Assembly (NCBI GenBank): GCA_030324005.1
Contig: JARDVH010000128.1
Coordinates: 31,373,221-31,437,220, forward strand
DNA: 64,000 nucleotides
DNA from: Negaprion brevirostris
Lineage: Eukaryota
Direction: 5' to 3'
Shown: piece after piece, positions 38,691 through 51,703 of the stretch
How the letters are laid out: each line of letters begins with the position of its first letter
Numbering within the stretch: the stretch's first letter is position 1
Notes under the pieces: generated by a model
Told to the model about the DNA's origin: nothing
What the model saw: only the letters and a program-made list of their open reading frames with translations
Databases searched by the model: none
Position numbers and translations under genes: made by a program

Positions 38691-39739
38691 TCCTTTTAAA
38701 GTATAAAGTATCAGCAGAGGTAGCGTAAATTTGTTGCAAATTATGTTTTAAATCTTTAAATGCTAATCATTGTTTTTCTATCCTTAATATCTTTAATGTT
38801 GTTTCCCAATCTACTTCTACCATTCTGTCCCTCCCAAAATGCATCACCTCACACTTTCCACGGTTAAATTCCATTTGCCATTTCTCCCACACCAATCTTG
38901 AAGCTACTCATTTAACGTATCTCTCTAATGTATCCTAAGCCAATTTGCTCATGGCTCAGAGATTACCAATAAGGTTTAGTTAATTTAGTCCCTAGCTGCT
39001 CGTATTCTAAGCACATCCTTTCTACTCCTATCTATGTTGTTGATGCCAACAGGGACCACATCCACTGGATCCTCCTCCCACTGCCAACACTCACCCACTT
39101 CAAGTTTGTCTCCAGCCCAGAATAGATGCCCCCTCTGGGCAGACAACCAGTCTTCTGGACTCCTGCTCCTGGCTTCAAAGAACTGTGCCCATCTCCCTAA
39201 CTACTTACACATTCTTGTTAGCTCTCCCCACTTGAACTGGTTTCTATATTACAGTGTCACGCTCAATTTGCTCATCCACTTACAGTCCTATCTGGATTAG
39301 ACCTTCCAAAATGCATCATCTCTCATTACCTCTCCTGCTGACATTTTTTACTTTAAAAGGAAAGTAAATTTATTGCAAATCATGTTGTAAATCTTTAAAT
39401 GCTAGCCACTGTCTTTCTAGCCTTAATACAGTCTACATGCACCACAAACATGCTGGACAATTGCAAGAGTGAGACTCTTCCGTTTCTACCTTCTCGATCC
39501 CCTTACTTGCCTCACTTGCAGTCACACCTTTCTGTCCCTGACTACAGACCAAAACAGAAGACTCTTAAGGGATGTGACAATCTCCTAGAACAAAGTATCC
39601 ACGTAACGTTCTCTCTCCCTGTTGTGTTGCCGGGTCCACCACTCAGCCTTCAGTTTAATGACCAAATTTAAGCTCTTCAGGCCAAACCGCAAATGTGTTT
39701 GCCCTGGATCTCACTGATAGCCAGAAGCTCTTACATCTG

Positions 39740-39900
39740 CATTTTCCCCCACAGTCCAAAGATGTGTGGGTTATGGGGATTAGCCACGCTAAATTGATTC
39801 TAGTGTCAGGGCGATTAGCAGGATAAATGTGTAGGATTTTGGGAATAGGGCCAGGGTAATTGGTACAGATTTAATGGGCTAAATGGCACTGTGGCTAGCA
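39740..39900 (+). mobile_element. tRNA-SINE 3' half
   Basis: cccacagtccaaagatgtgtggg...gctaaattg... Confidence 0.7.
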
Positions 39901-40064
39901 CTGTTTCCGTTTTTATGGGCTGGAATGACAGTTAATGAGCAGCACAAAATAATTTTATTTTCCAGAATTATTGTATTTCAATAGATGTTTCTGCATCCCA
40001 ATAATTTGGTCTGTCGGATAATTTAGTCCTCAGTCTGTTACAATTCCAGATGGTTTTGACCATC

Positions 40065-41075
40065 TCCGATTAAACTCATCTCCAAACTCCGTCACCTGGG
40101 GCTCAGGTCCTCCCTCTGCAACTGGATCCTGAACTTCCTAACTCAGACTACTATCAGTAAAGATAAGCAATAACATCTCTACAATCATCCTCAATACTGG
40201 TGCCCCACAAGACTATGTTGTCAGCCCTCCACTATACTCCTTATATACCTATGACTGTGTGGCCAAATTCCCCTCCAACTCAATTTTCATAGTGGGTCGG
40301 ATCTCAAAGAATGACAAGACTGAGTGCAGGAACGAGAGTGAGAATCTGATGGACTGGTACGACAACGATAAATTCTCCCTCAATGTCAACAAAACGAAGG
40401 TAATAGTCAACGACTTCAGGAAGCATAGTGGAGAACATGCCTGTCTACCTCAAGGGGGGTGAAGTAGAAATGGTCGAGAGTTTTAAGTTTTTAGGTGACC
40501 AGATTACCAACCTGTCCTAGTCCCCCCCTTGCTGACACGGTAGTTAAGTAAGCTCACTAATGCCTCTACTTTCTCAGAAGACTAAGGAAATGTAGCATGT
40601 TGGCTATGACTTACCAACTTCTACAGATGCACTATAGAAAGCATCCTTTCTGGTTATATCGCAGCTTGGTATGGCTCGTGCTCTGTCCTAGACTGCTAGA
40701 AACTTCAAAGGATCGTGAATGAAGCTCAGTCCATCACGCAAACCAGGCTCCCATCCATTCGATTACTGCTGCCTCGGAAAAGCAGCCAGCATAATTAAGG
40801 ACCCTACGCACCCTGGACATACTCTTCCACTAGGAAAAAGATACAAATCTGGGGTCACGTACCCACCAACTCAAGAACAGTTTCTGCCCTGCTGCCATCA
40901 CACTTTTGAATTAATCTACCTCACACTAAGTTGATGTTTCTCTACACCCTAGCTATGACTGTAATACTACATTTTGCACTCTCCTTTTCTTCTCTTTAAG
41001 CTGAATGCATTGTCTGTATAGCATGCAAGAAACAATACTTTTCACTGTATACTAATGCATGTAAATCAAATCAGT
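40065..41075 (+). mobile_element. Rex1/Babar-type LINE RT and 3' end
   Basis: KLISKLRHLGL..SLCNWILNFL, LNTGAPQ, LSLNVNKTK-like, KAASIIKDPTHPGH; tail aaatcaaatc. Confidence 0.85.
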
Positions 41076-41309
41076 AACATGATGCCTCCAAAATGCCTAC
41101 AATTCTAGATTTGGTTTGCAAGTAATTTCTGCAAACTCAAAGAATGGAATGGCAAAACTGTAACAATCCACATTCCCAACCATAGCAAACAAATGGTCAC
41201 AGTGGTGCAACAGAAATCTTTTTGTTGAATTGACAACTTGCATCACAAGTGCCCTATTCAACTGAAGATCCAATAAATGCATCAAGAGCACAACGGATGA
41301 TTAATTCAT

Positions 41310-41415
41310 TTTGAGACAAAAACAGAAGATGCTGGAAAATCTCAAGTCTGACAGCATCGATGGAGAGAGTATAGAGCCAACGTTTTGAGTCTGGCTGACC
41401 CTTCATGAGAACTGA
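41310..41415 (-). mobile_element. Penelope-like terminal fragment
   Basis: Minus ttctcatgaagggtcagccagactcaaaacgttgg...tttccagcatcttctgttttt; the hammerhead-like core is decayed. Confidence 0.65.
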
Positions 41416-42244
41416 TTGTTTTGATTTCTTTCCCAATTGCATCTTATCCTGTCAACATCTGCAAAGCTGCTACTGACTTAACCAAAACATAAAACTGCCT
41501 ACCTGATTCTGTGCCACAACTGTCAAGGAAAAACAAAACATTTAAAATCTACATCGAAGTATGATAGAATTATAAATTGTTTGATACTTTTGTTAGTTAC
41601 AGCAAAGTGCATTTTTGGAGTTACTCCATGATAACAGCTATTGGACTGCACCATCTTTCATGGAAAGGAAAGTTCAAATGGCAGCCCACTGCACACTATT
41701 CAGAAAAATTCAGACCAGTTTGACAATCAAGACACTCAATTTCATTAATCTTAATGTCTCCATCCTTAGATTTACATGTTTCATTAATTCTTCTTCTGCC
41801 AGTTTACTGATTAACTAAAGTCTTCCTCTAATTTTGCTTATTGATATATTCAACTTTGAGACAAGCAGCTCTAACACCTCCAATGGAGAATAAACCACAG
41901 AATTCAAACATTAAACAAGGTCTGACACTTGCCATAAAGGTGGAGTGAAAATAAATAACAGGAACACGAAAGATGCTGTGTTGAAAGCATCACTCTGTGG
42001 TCTGATGCAGAGGGTCAGACTATTGGCCCTGTCTGGTTTGTTCACATGCTGTACAACAGCAGTGCTGGCGACCTGAAGATACTCAAGTTTTCCCCCAATA
42101 CCAAAATCTGAAAGCGTTCGGATGGTCAAATGCTATGCTCGCAATTTGAGCTCATCTCTCTCAGGTGAGCTCAGCAGCAGTGCATCTGCCCTTAACTCAC
42201 TCACACTGAATGTCACTTCACTGCCAACACAGGGAAGGGCCTGT

Positions 42245-42760
42245 TCATGCTTGGGGACATTGTCAATAAGTATGACATCAGTATCCCATATACATGCTGA
42301 CATCTTTTAAAGAAAGATCCCAAATACCATCCTTATCTCAATGACTGCCATTGTTTTGTGAATAATTGCCACATCAGAACCAGTAATTTCCAAGACTGGA
42401 ACTATCTGTTGGGTTCTTAACAATAACCCTACATACTTACTGACTCAGCTCTTCTACTTAACTGCTCAGTCAGGCCCATTCTGACAGTATGCAAATTCAG
42501 CCTCCTATTCGACACTGGGCTCAGTTTCAAACAATAGCACAGCAATCAAGAATATTTACCTTTTCTACAACATCACTCATCTATGAGCTGCTTATTGGCA
42601 TCCCAAGCTCCACCATACACAAATGTCAACTCAATTAAATCTCCATTTCCTGAATTCAGTTTTGCACCAAATTCGGCTTATTCACCCTGCTGTTGCAATC
42701 CATCACTGATTACAAATCTCCCAATTTGAAATGCTTTCCAAGCTTAAATCCCTTCCTGCC
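42245..42760 (+). mobile_element. Highly decayed L2 LINE RT remnant
   Basis: LGDIVNKYDIS..(Y)AD-like segment followed by LLFDTGLSFK-like residues. Confidence 0.45.
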
Positions 42761-42784
42761 CTCATTCCACTTTTTCATTTAAAG

Positions 42785-43220
42785 GCATAGAAAATAGGAG
42801 TAGGCCATTTGGCCCTTTGAGCCTGCACCGCCATTCATTATAATCGTAGCTGATCAACCAACTCAGTAACCTGTTCCCACTTTCCATCCACCCCACCACA
42901 CTTTTGATCCTTTTAGCCACAAGTGCTATATCAAACTTCTTCTTGAAAACAAAATGTTTTGGTCTCAACTACTTTGTGGTAGAGAATTCTACTTACTCAC
43001 CACTCTGGGTAAAGAAATTTCTCACCTTAAGTCCTAAATAGTTTACCCATATCTTCAGAATGTGATCCCTGGTTCTGGATTCCCCCAGCATCAATCCTGC
43101 ATTACCCCGTCTAGTCCTGTTTGAATCTTATTGTTTTCTATTAGGATTCCCCCCCACCCCCATTTCTTCAAAACTCCAGCGAATATAATACTAACTGACT
43201 CAACCTCTCTTCACAAGTCA
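42785..43220 (-). mobile_element. CR1 LINE 3' end
   Basis: catagaaaataggagtaggccatttggccc...; ORF-track peptide FKKKFDIALVAKRIK. Confidence 0.85.
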
Positions 43221-44807
43221 TTTGACCTCCTCCACGCCTTACACCCGAGTCTAAACCTTTCAATTTTTTGATTATAATCTTCTGTGCATTCTGGACCTCC
43301 CCTCTGTTCCACTACTAATAACAGAGCCCACAGCTATCTCAAATGCCTCTCTACCTCTCCTCCTATCTGTAGAACCTATTGCTTTAACCATGCATTCAGT
43401 AAACTGCCTTAACCTGATGACTGCTTGGAAGCCAAATTTATTTATGAACCTCCTTATATTTGCTCAAGTTAAGAGGTGCAACATGAACACAATTTATCAA
43501 CATCAAGGGAGAGGTGACAAGAACACAAAAAATATGCAGATTGTATTTCTAGGATCCTCTAACAAGGGAAACCAACCAGCATGTTCTCAAGAATAGAATC
43601 TCAGCACAGTCTTAACTTCATAAGTTTCAAGCCTTCCTTGCAATGCAAACATAGTTATCTTCGATAAATTTATACAAGTACAAATAAGAACTGCTTAAGT
43701 CAATTATAAAGCAAAGGGCTTAAACAATTATTGTTTGCATCTCTACATATTTATCAAAGATAACAATGCATGGATCAAAGGTGATAAGGTACTGGTACTG
43801 GATGCACATTATAATCAAAACAGTGCCCAAGAATCCAGTTTTTAACACTTCACACTGAACAGATTGAGGAGTAGGGATGAGTGTGATCTTTTGGCTCATG
43901 CCAGCTGGATTTTATTGAAATTCATTACAAACCGTCAGTTCTTCCTTTCCAACTGATGCTCCTTCCAACCCGTTTCTTAATGACATCACTCTCTAGCAGA
44001 TGGTATAAACAACAATGTAGATACAGGCAAATGCTGCACAAATTAGACAAAATAAACTGGTCTATCATTTTTCTTCTGTTTTGCATTTATTCCAAACAAC
44101 AGTGGGGACAAACCGTATTAAATTGAGCAGTTACTCTGATTGAACAGTTACTAAGCCACAATGTACTATTGTACAATGTACAGTTACTAAGCCACAATGC
44201 ACAATTGTTACATGCCAATGTCACCTCTGGATGAATTGTTACAAGTACTGCACCCAAAAATTAAAACAAATTTAGGAGAAAAAAATTCACAGCATAACAA
44301 ATTGAGGACATGTTTGAAGAGCTCTAGTTGTAAAGATATGTAGCAGTACTGCAGAATAATACTAATAGTTCAATAATACATTCATGTTCTACAACCAGAA
44401 TTTTTAGCGTTGAAAAGCTTGCTTTAAAGTAAATCTTGTGGCCTTAAGTAATACTAGTAGAATTAGATGTTACAGAAATGAGAACATATGGCCATAATTC
44501 AGTGCCTAATAGTGGGAGACCCTTCCCTTCTCGCGTACTGTAAGGGCATTAAAGTCTGGGAACTTGAAACAGTGTTAACTTATTTTTTTAAAATTATACT
44601 ATGAGTTCAATTGGATGGTTGTTATGTGGTTTGTAACAGCTATCTTCATTCAAACATCATTGAGATCAACACACGTGCAGGATCTCTTTCCTCACAATAC
44701 AATATCTACAGGATCCCTGATCGAAATACGGGACATTTATAGGTCCTCAATGAGATCTGAAAACAGATCCAATGGGCCCTTCAACTAATACTTTTAAAGA
44801 CAAATAT

Positions 44808-46489
44808 AACAGGATTCTGGCATATAGGTCATCCTTTGAAGCCTCCAAAAGTAATTTGAAAAATAGGGTTTGACTTGTGAACTCAATGTGGGCAGTGTCA
44901 TTTTGTAATATGAAAATAACACTGGTAATTCCTATGGCTGTTTATTAAATAAAATTATTGTACAGATAAAGCTTTAAATAAGGAGTTTTAACATGTGTTA
45001 AATTCATTCTCCATGGCATCTAGCAGTTCATAGAATTCATTCTGAATCACTTTGGCAATGGCATCATCATTAGAATCCCACTCTGAATCTGATGTAGTAG
45101 TTTAAGAGTCATCGTTCCACAACAACTCATCTTGCTCTTTACCCAGTGAGTTGAATATTACACATTTTTTGAACCATCTCATAAGTGTACACTAATAGCA
45201 TTCCACAATTTTATGACAAAACCACACAAAACATCAAGCCGGGCCATGCGCTTATTTCCACTTTTGTGAAGGCTTTTGTGTGTCAACTATTGACCTATTC
45301 CATTTGATGTGGACATGGTCTTTGAATGGCTTAAGGTACACATTCAAATTGAACTAGGTTGTTAAACCCCCTGCAATGAGAATGCTATTTCTTTGAAAGT
45401 ATCTCAAACTATTTGGTATATGGGATCTGAACATGTCCCAAAAATAAGCAGCTGCATTCGTCACAAAAGCCATTGAGATACAGATTCCATACATTATCGA
45501 TCCACAACTTCACTCCACCTTCATCCAGCCAACTGTTGAAATGGACATGCACAAAAACTTCCTGGAAGCAATTTGAATTTACATTTGAAAATTACCACTG
45601 GCTTTAATTTTGTTCCATCTGCTATGCAAGCTAAGGCCACCATGAAACTTGTCTTCTCATGTCCTGTGACTTGCACCAGAACTGTTTCCAACCTTTTGAC
45701 TTCACAGTTCAGTTGCTGGGCGTATCAGAATTTATGGGTCATTCATTTATGTTGTCTTTTAGAAGTCTGAGCGATCTTGGTCTTCTGCTGCAACACTGAA
45801 CACTTTTGTTCCATAAAATTGGCTGTACTAACTAACTATTGCTCTGAAACCTTTTTTAGGACCCGGGGTTCGATTCGGCCCACTTAAGTGCATATATATG
45901 TATTATATTTCTGACAACTTTGAAGACATTCTTGACAATTTTGAGGACTCATTCCAATACACATTTCTCAAGATGAGGCCAGTGGTTGTTCTTGTTCTCG
46001 TGGTGCATTTGATTTTGAGTATCCCTAGGGCAGATTTCTTCTTCCATTCACACACCAGTTTTTCTTGAACTCCAAATTCCCTTGCTACAGCATAGTTATT
46101 TGACAAGTGTGCAAACGTTACGACTTTTAGCTGGAAACCAGTTTCAAATTTGCTCATTTTATTGGAAGACTTATTTCTCTTTATTGTGCACCACACAGCA
46201 GTGTGCTCTGTGTGAACATCTTNNNNNNNNNNNNNNNNNNNNNNNNNNNNNNNNNNNNNNNNNNNNNNNNNNNNNNNNNNNNNNNNNNNNNNNNNNNNNN
46301 NNNNNNNNNNNNNNNNNNNNNNCTTAAAACTCCCACATCTTCACAACATAACCAATGTTGCCTGTTCAATCCCGTGCCCCTGATATTAAGTAAAATATGC
46401 ATTTGTGTGGCAAAAAGGTGAGGTTTACTACTAATGCAAGTTTCGTATGTCATGTCTGAAAAACTGGGTTATTCCAAGCATATACTGTA
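44808..46489 (-). mobile_element. Decayed pogo-superfamily DNA transposon (POGK/Passer-like, Brinker-type DNA-binding domain)
   Basis: KFETGFQLKVVTFAHLSNNYAVAREFGVQEKLVCEWKK; TGHEKTSFMVALACIADGTKLKPVVIFK; GWM; WDMFRSH; IAGGLT; KPFKDH; FKKC..NSL...DELLW. Many stops and frameshifts. TA|CAGTATATGC-like terminus near 46489. Confidence 0.85.
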
Positions 46490-46867
46490 AATTCTACAGT
46501 ATAATTGTGCACTTGTTTTTCTCATCAGGAATGGTAAAAGGATGATCAATATTTTAGGTACTTTTCCTTTTATCCTGAGTTTTGGAAGTGAGGACAGACT
46601 CATCTCTGTTATTCTTGTGTTTATATATTATCCTTGGTCCACTTTTAGGGCCATTGGAGACAGATACTGAAAACGAGAGACTTTCAAACTGACAAACTAA
46701 TGCCTTCAGGTCTCGGGCTCTTCACCCCGCAGTATAGAAGCATATGGTAGGTCTCAAAAGTAGAATTACAACCTCCCAACACTTACCATTTCAAATGGAC
46801 CATTTCACTATTGCTGGCCATATGGATGAAATATTCACATATCTTCTCCATCTTTGTGTTTCAACTG

Positions 46868-47312
46868 TGAGAGGGAGGTAAAAAAATGGACAGTAGTGGG
46901 AAGTTGTGCGTGGAGTCTGAAGAGATAGGAGAGGCACTAAATGAATATTTTTCATTAGTATTCATAGCAAAAAGACAATGTTGTCAAGGAGAATACTGAG
47001 ATACAGGCTATTAGACTAGACGGGATTGAGGTTCATAAGGAAGAGGTGAGAGCAATTCTGGAAAGTATGAAAATAGTTAAGTCCCCTCGGCCTGATGGGA
47101 TTTATCCTAGGATTCTCTGGGAGGCTAGGAAGGAGATTTCAGAGCCTTTGGCTTTGATCTTTATGTCGTTATTGTCTACAGGAACAGTGCCAGAAGACTG
47201 TAGGATAGAAATGCTGCCCCTTGTTCAAGCAGGAGAGTAGAAACAACTCTTGTAATTATAGGCCAGCGAGCCTTACTTCTGTTGTGGGCAAAGTTTTGGA
47301 AAGAATTATAAA
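46868..47312 (+). mobile_element. CR1 ORF2 fragment
   Basis: KSPRPDGIYPRILWEARKEISEPLALIF; NYRPASLTSVVGKVLERII. Confidence 0.9.
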
Positions 47313-47529
47313 NNNNNNNNNNNNNNNNNNNNNNNNNNNNNNNNNNNNNNNNNNNNNNNNNNNNNNNNNNNNNNNNNNNNNNNNNNNNNNNNNNNNNNNN
47401 NNNNNNNNNNNNCCGTGTAGGGTGGGACGGCAAAATTCTGCCCTTTATATTGATCACACCAATTGTTTTGGACTCCCCCCCACCAAGTGGGAACTTCTTC
47501 CCTCTGTCCACTCAGTCAAGCGCTTTTCA

Positions 47530-47692
47530 TTATCATAGAATCATAGAGTCCTACAGTGCAGAAGGAGGCCATTCGGCCCATTGCGTCTGTTCTGACCACA
47601 GTCCTACCCATAACCCTGTTCCCATAACCCCATGCATAACCCCCACCCATGAGATAGCTCATCTCCTTGACACTAAGGGGCAATTTAGCAAG
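47530..47692 (-). mobile_element. tRNA-SINE 3' half
   Basis: tcatagaatcatagagtcctacagtgcag...gacactaaggggcaatttagca. Confidence 0.75.
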
Positions 47693-48117
47693 GCCTTGAT
47701 CCGAAAGATGTTTCTATCCGAACACCCCTCATTCTATGTGACTCAGAAGAAAACTTCCATATTTGCAATGGAGCAAATGGATCTCTTGGGATAGTTCTCT
47801 CTGTGGTGTAACCTCTTTCTCTTTGGTCTGAAACTTATGGGGGCCTTATAGTGCAGAATTCCTAGGGTGGCCTTGGATTCGCTCCTAGATTCTCCCACTT
47901 CATGTAGAGAAAGGACCTGCTGAATATTATCCTAAGGCCCTATATTGAGTTCCTGTAGTTTTTGTGCAGATTCTGATTAGAATTTCAGGCCATTTATGTG
48001 TTTTACTGTGATAGAAAAATGTACACTGCACCTTTACGTAAACAGTTGAATGATTGAGTACAAATCTTTTGACTTAGAATTGTAAAGGTTAAAAAACCTA
48101 ATCATGTACCCAAAATT

Positions 48118-48445
48118 TGTGGCACAGTGGTTAGCACTGCTGCCTCACAGCGCCAGGGACCCAGGTTCGATTCCTGGCTTGGGTTACTGTGTGTGTGGAG
48201 TTTGCACATTCTCCCTGTGTCTGTGTGTGTTTCCTTCGGGGTGCTCCGGTTTCCTCCCACAGTCCAAAGATGTGCAGGTGGATGGATTGGCAATGCCACA
48301 TTGTCCCTTGGTGTTCAAAGACGTGCAGATTTGTGGGGTTAGTAGGGTAAATGTGTAGGGCTACAGGGACTGGGTGGGATGCTCTGTTGGAGAGTCATTG
48401 CAGATGTGATGGGCCAAATGGCCTCCTCCTGCACTGTAGGCATTT
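48118..48445 (+). mobile_element. tRNA-derived SINE (HE1-type)
   Basis: gtggcacagtggttagcactgctgcctcacagcgccagggacccaggttcgattcc; full body and tail. Confidence 0.9.
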
Positions 48446-48804
48446 TAACTTTTCCCATGCCTCTGCAATCCATCCCTCCCATATCAACAGTCCCCATAAT
48501 ACATCTGTGCAAATTAAGGTTGAATATTACTAATTATGAAAGCAGCTAATTAGTTGGTAGCAACTGTGTGCAAACAAACTGCATATCCAGGAATGTTGCC
48601 CAGATATTTACCTTGTTTTCTCATCATTTTGTCTGCGCAGGAAGGGAGAAGGTTTTCTGTTTACTACAAGCAATTTTTGGCTGGCCTGGAGAAACTGGTA
48701 GCAGCCATTCCTGTCTGCATGATGTCCCACCCTTGCAAATGTGCTGAATACTGTGCATTCATCAGCAAATTGTCCCAGTTCTGCCCTTATGATGGACAGG
48801 ACAC

Positions 48805-49232
48805 CCTTAGGATGCTGCCTGGTATGGTGGGAAGTTTTTATGAGGAAAGGTTGAGGGACTTGAGGCTGTTTTCGTTAGAGAAGGTTAAGAGGTGACTTAA
48901 TAGAGGCATGCAAGGTGATCAGATAGGGTGAACAGTGAGAGCCTTTTTCCTCGGATGGAGATGGTTAGCACAAGGGGACATAGCTTTAAATTGAAGGGTA
49001 ATTGATATAGGACAGATGTCAGAGGCAGGTACTTTACTCAGTAGTAAGGGCATGGAATGCCATGCCTGCTACAGTAGTGGACTCGCCAACATTAAGGGCA
49101 TTTAAATTGTCATTGGACAAACATATGGGTAATATTGGAATAGTGTAAATTAGATGGACTTTAGATTGCGCTGACCTGTGAAACCAACATCGAGGGCTGA
49201 AGGGCCTGTACTGCACTGTAATGTTCTATGCT
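48805..49232 (+). mobile_element. CR1 3' end
   Basis: RMLPGMVGSFYEERLRDLRLFSLE; tail gtaatgttctatg. Confidence 0.88.
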
Positions 49233-50414
49233 CCCAACTGCTCCATGCATTGGTGGAGGGAGTGACAGAAGAGTACTTGATTAGAAGTAACACTGACTAT
49301 TTCAATATACTGTAGGCAAGATGTCATTAACCAACAAATCCTGTCTGCCCTGGGTACTTGTATTTTGGAAACGTGCTCATCCTAAGGAATAAGTTAAAAC
49401 AGCTGCTTGGACAACCCTAAAATACAATGGAAAATTGAGAAAAAAAACAGGCAAGAAATGTGAATTCAATGTAAGTGAATCAATATTTATTAAAATGAAA
49501 GCAGCTGTGTTGAAAATTTCCACTGAATTTAACTGCTAAGATCTTACAATAAATTGATCAAACTGGGCCAACAGGTACAGATTGGTTCTCTACTGAAACC
49601 TGAAAATTAAGAACTTTACATCAATTTTAATTCTACATGAACTGATACTACTATTGAATTTTTGAATTCATCCGTCAATTCTGAAATAACAGCAAATATT
49701 TTCTGTTAGGTTCATTTAGTTTCCAGACTAACTTGCAAGTGGGGAAATTATTTGAATAGTTAAAGAGCAATATGGTCCAGCTGGCAGTGCCCTTGGAAAT
49801 AAAGTAACTTGCTGCAAAAATCTAGGTGGTCATTAGTCAGGGCCAATTTCAGAAGGGTTTGCCAGGTGCTAAAAGTTTGACTCCTCAGGTTCCCCAGTGG
49901 TATCTACTGGCAGGATGTAAAGGACAAGCTAATAAATTTAGTTTGGAATTGGCAGTGTACTGGCACCATAGTATGCAGTGCCTCAGCGTGCTCAGATGCA
50001 GTCTCATGTGCACAGCTGCCTCTCTGTCTCTCAGCAGCAGTGCTAATACCAGCAATGAGCAACGGCCACATGTCATCAATCTAAGAATGGACAGGAGAAA
50101 GAAGCCCATGGTACCCAACTAAAAAAAAAAGATTAACAACAAAACAAAGTTGAACTGCTTTGAATAATCAATAACGGAAAAGCTTGGAATCTAGCCCCTG
50201 ATCTCTACAAATACTTCCAAAATTAAACAAAAGGAATCAAGCCAGATGGTTGTTTTTGCAATGCAAAAACTTTCCTCTTCCTGCTTTGGTTAATTAATTC
50301 ACATTTCCAGGCAGGTTTTAAGACTGGGATTTTAAATTATATAAAGTTCAAGCTCTCAAAGGCCTAAATGGCAAAGGCATGGAGTATGACTTGGTGACAC
50401 AAATAAAAATAACT

Positions 50415-50660
50415 GCATTATATAGAGCTTGCAATGACCATTGACCATCTTGTAGCACTTTACAGCAAATGGAGTAATTTGAAAAGTAGCTACTGTTGTA
50501 ATGTAGGAAATGTTGTTGCCAATTTGTACGTAACGAGCTTCCAAAAACAAGAATTTAGTAATGACCAGATAATCAGTTTTTGTGATAGCGACGCAAAGAT
50601 AAATATTGGTTAGGTTATTGGGAATACCTCTCCTATTCACCTCCAAAATTATGCCAAGGG
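50415..50660 (-). mobile_element. SacSINE1/Deu-domain-type SINE 3' part
   Basis: cactttacagcaaatggagta...ctgttgtaatgtaggaaatg...taatgaccagataatc, the reverse complement of the 29645 family. Confidence 0.65.
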
Positions 50661-51184
50661 TGCGCACACCCCACTCTGAGGGGAGAATGCTACAGCCATA
50701 TTGGGCACACTAACAGTCTGGCATGCTGTTAAATGTTCACATGTGGAGTAGCTGCAAGAACATAACAAACAGTATGGTAAATGGAGTTTGCTGAGAATCA
50801 GGATAAGTAAAATCAGACACTGCTTAGAGACATAGCCTGCTGTAAAGTGCACATGTAGGCACTGAGTAAAAGTAGGACTAAACTCAGCAGTGACATCACA
50901 GGACTATACCATCCATTTACCTGACAGCAAGTAAAATAATGCTACTCTCCTATTCTCACTCTAGTCCTGTAACTTTGCGCTTTTAATATTAGCCCCAGTT
51001 TTGGGTTGAACTGGCCTTAATTTCTAAGCAGCTTGCACAATATCAGTAGGTAAACACAATGATTCTAACGCAGCTGATTCACAAAAGACTATAGTGTCAG
51101 CACGACCGAAATAGAACCAGGTTTTAAAAGGTGAAGATACCGGAGACATTCTAGAACACATGGGAGTGTACACAGGACTAACAG

Positions 51185-51358
51185 TTCAAAGATGCGTGGG
51201 TTAGGTTAATTGGCCATGGTAAGAAATTGCCCCTTAGTGTGCAGGGATGCATAGGTTAGAGAGATTAGTGGGTATATTATGTAGGGATATGGGGGTAGGG
51301 CCTAGGTGGGATTGTGTTCGGTGCAGACTCAATGGGCTGAAGGGCCTCTTTCTGCACT
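51185..51358 (+). mobile_element. tRNA-SINE 3' half
   Basis: aaagatgcgtgggttagg...aaattgccccttagtgt...gggcctctttctgcact. Confidence 0.8.
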
Positions 51359-51477
51359 NNNNNNNNNNNNNNNNNNNNNNNNNNNNNNNNNNNNNNNNNN
51401 NNNTCTTATGTTAAAAGGGTCTCCTAATAGATGCCTTGTGAAACTAAATCGCGATATACACTACAATAAATGAGTGA

Positions 51478-51703
51478 TGATGCAGAGATGCCAACATCAG
51501 ACTGGGGTAAACACAGTAGAAAGTCTCACAACACCAGATTAAAGTCCAACAGGTTTTTTGGTAGCAAAAGCCATTAGCTTTCGGAGTGCTGCTCCTTTGT
51601 CAGGTGAGTGGAAGAACAGAACTCCCACTGAGCTGATGAAGGAGCAGTGCTCCAAAAGCTAGTGGCTTTTGCTACCAAATAAACCTGTTGGGCTCTAACA
51701 TGG
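51478..51703 (-). mobile_element. Fold-back Penelope-like mini-element with hammerhead-like cores on both strands and 8-bp TSD
   Basis: Inverted arms at about 51546-51612 / 51621-51691. Cores CTGATGAaggagcagtgctccAAAA (+) and CTGACAAaggagcagcactccGAAA (-). TSD atgagtga at 51470-51477 and 51704-51711. Confidence 0.8.

Larger units (their letters stand above)
35821..39740 (-). mobile_element. Old CR1 (RT, EN and ORF1 remnants) carrying several nested insertions
   Basis: Minus-strand RT pieces at 35980-36435, 37202-37280 and 37713-37925; ORF1 esterase-like EDPVDVVPVGINN at about 39035-39075; zinc-finger-like start at about 39650-39740. Confidence 0.6.

Noticed and set aside
48118-48190. tRNA gene
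   Set aside because: The A/B boxes belong to a multi-copy SINE head continuing into SINE body and tail.
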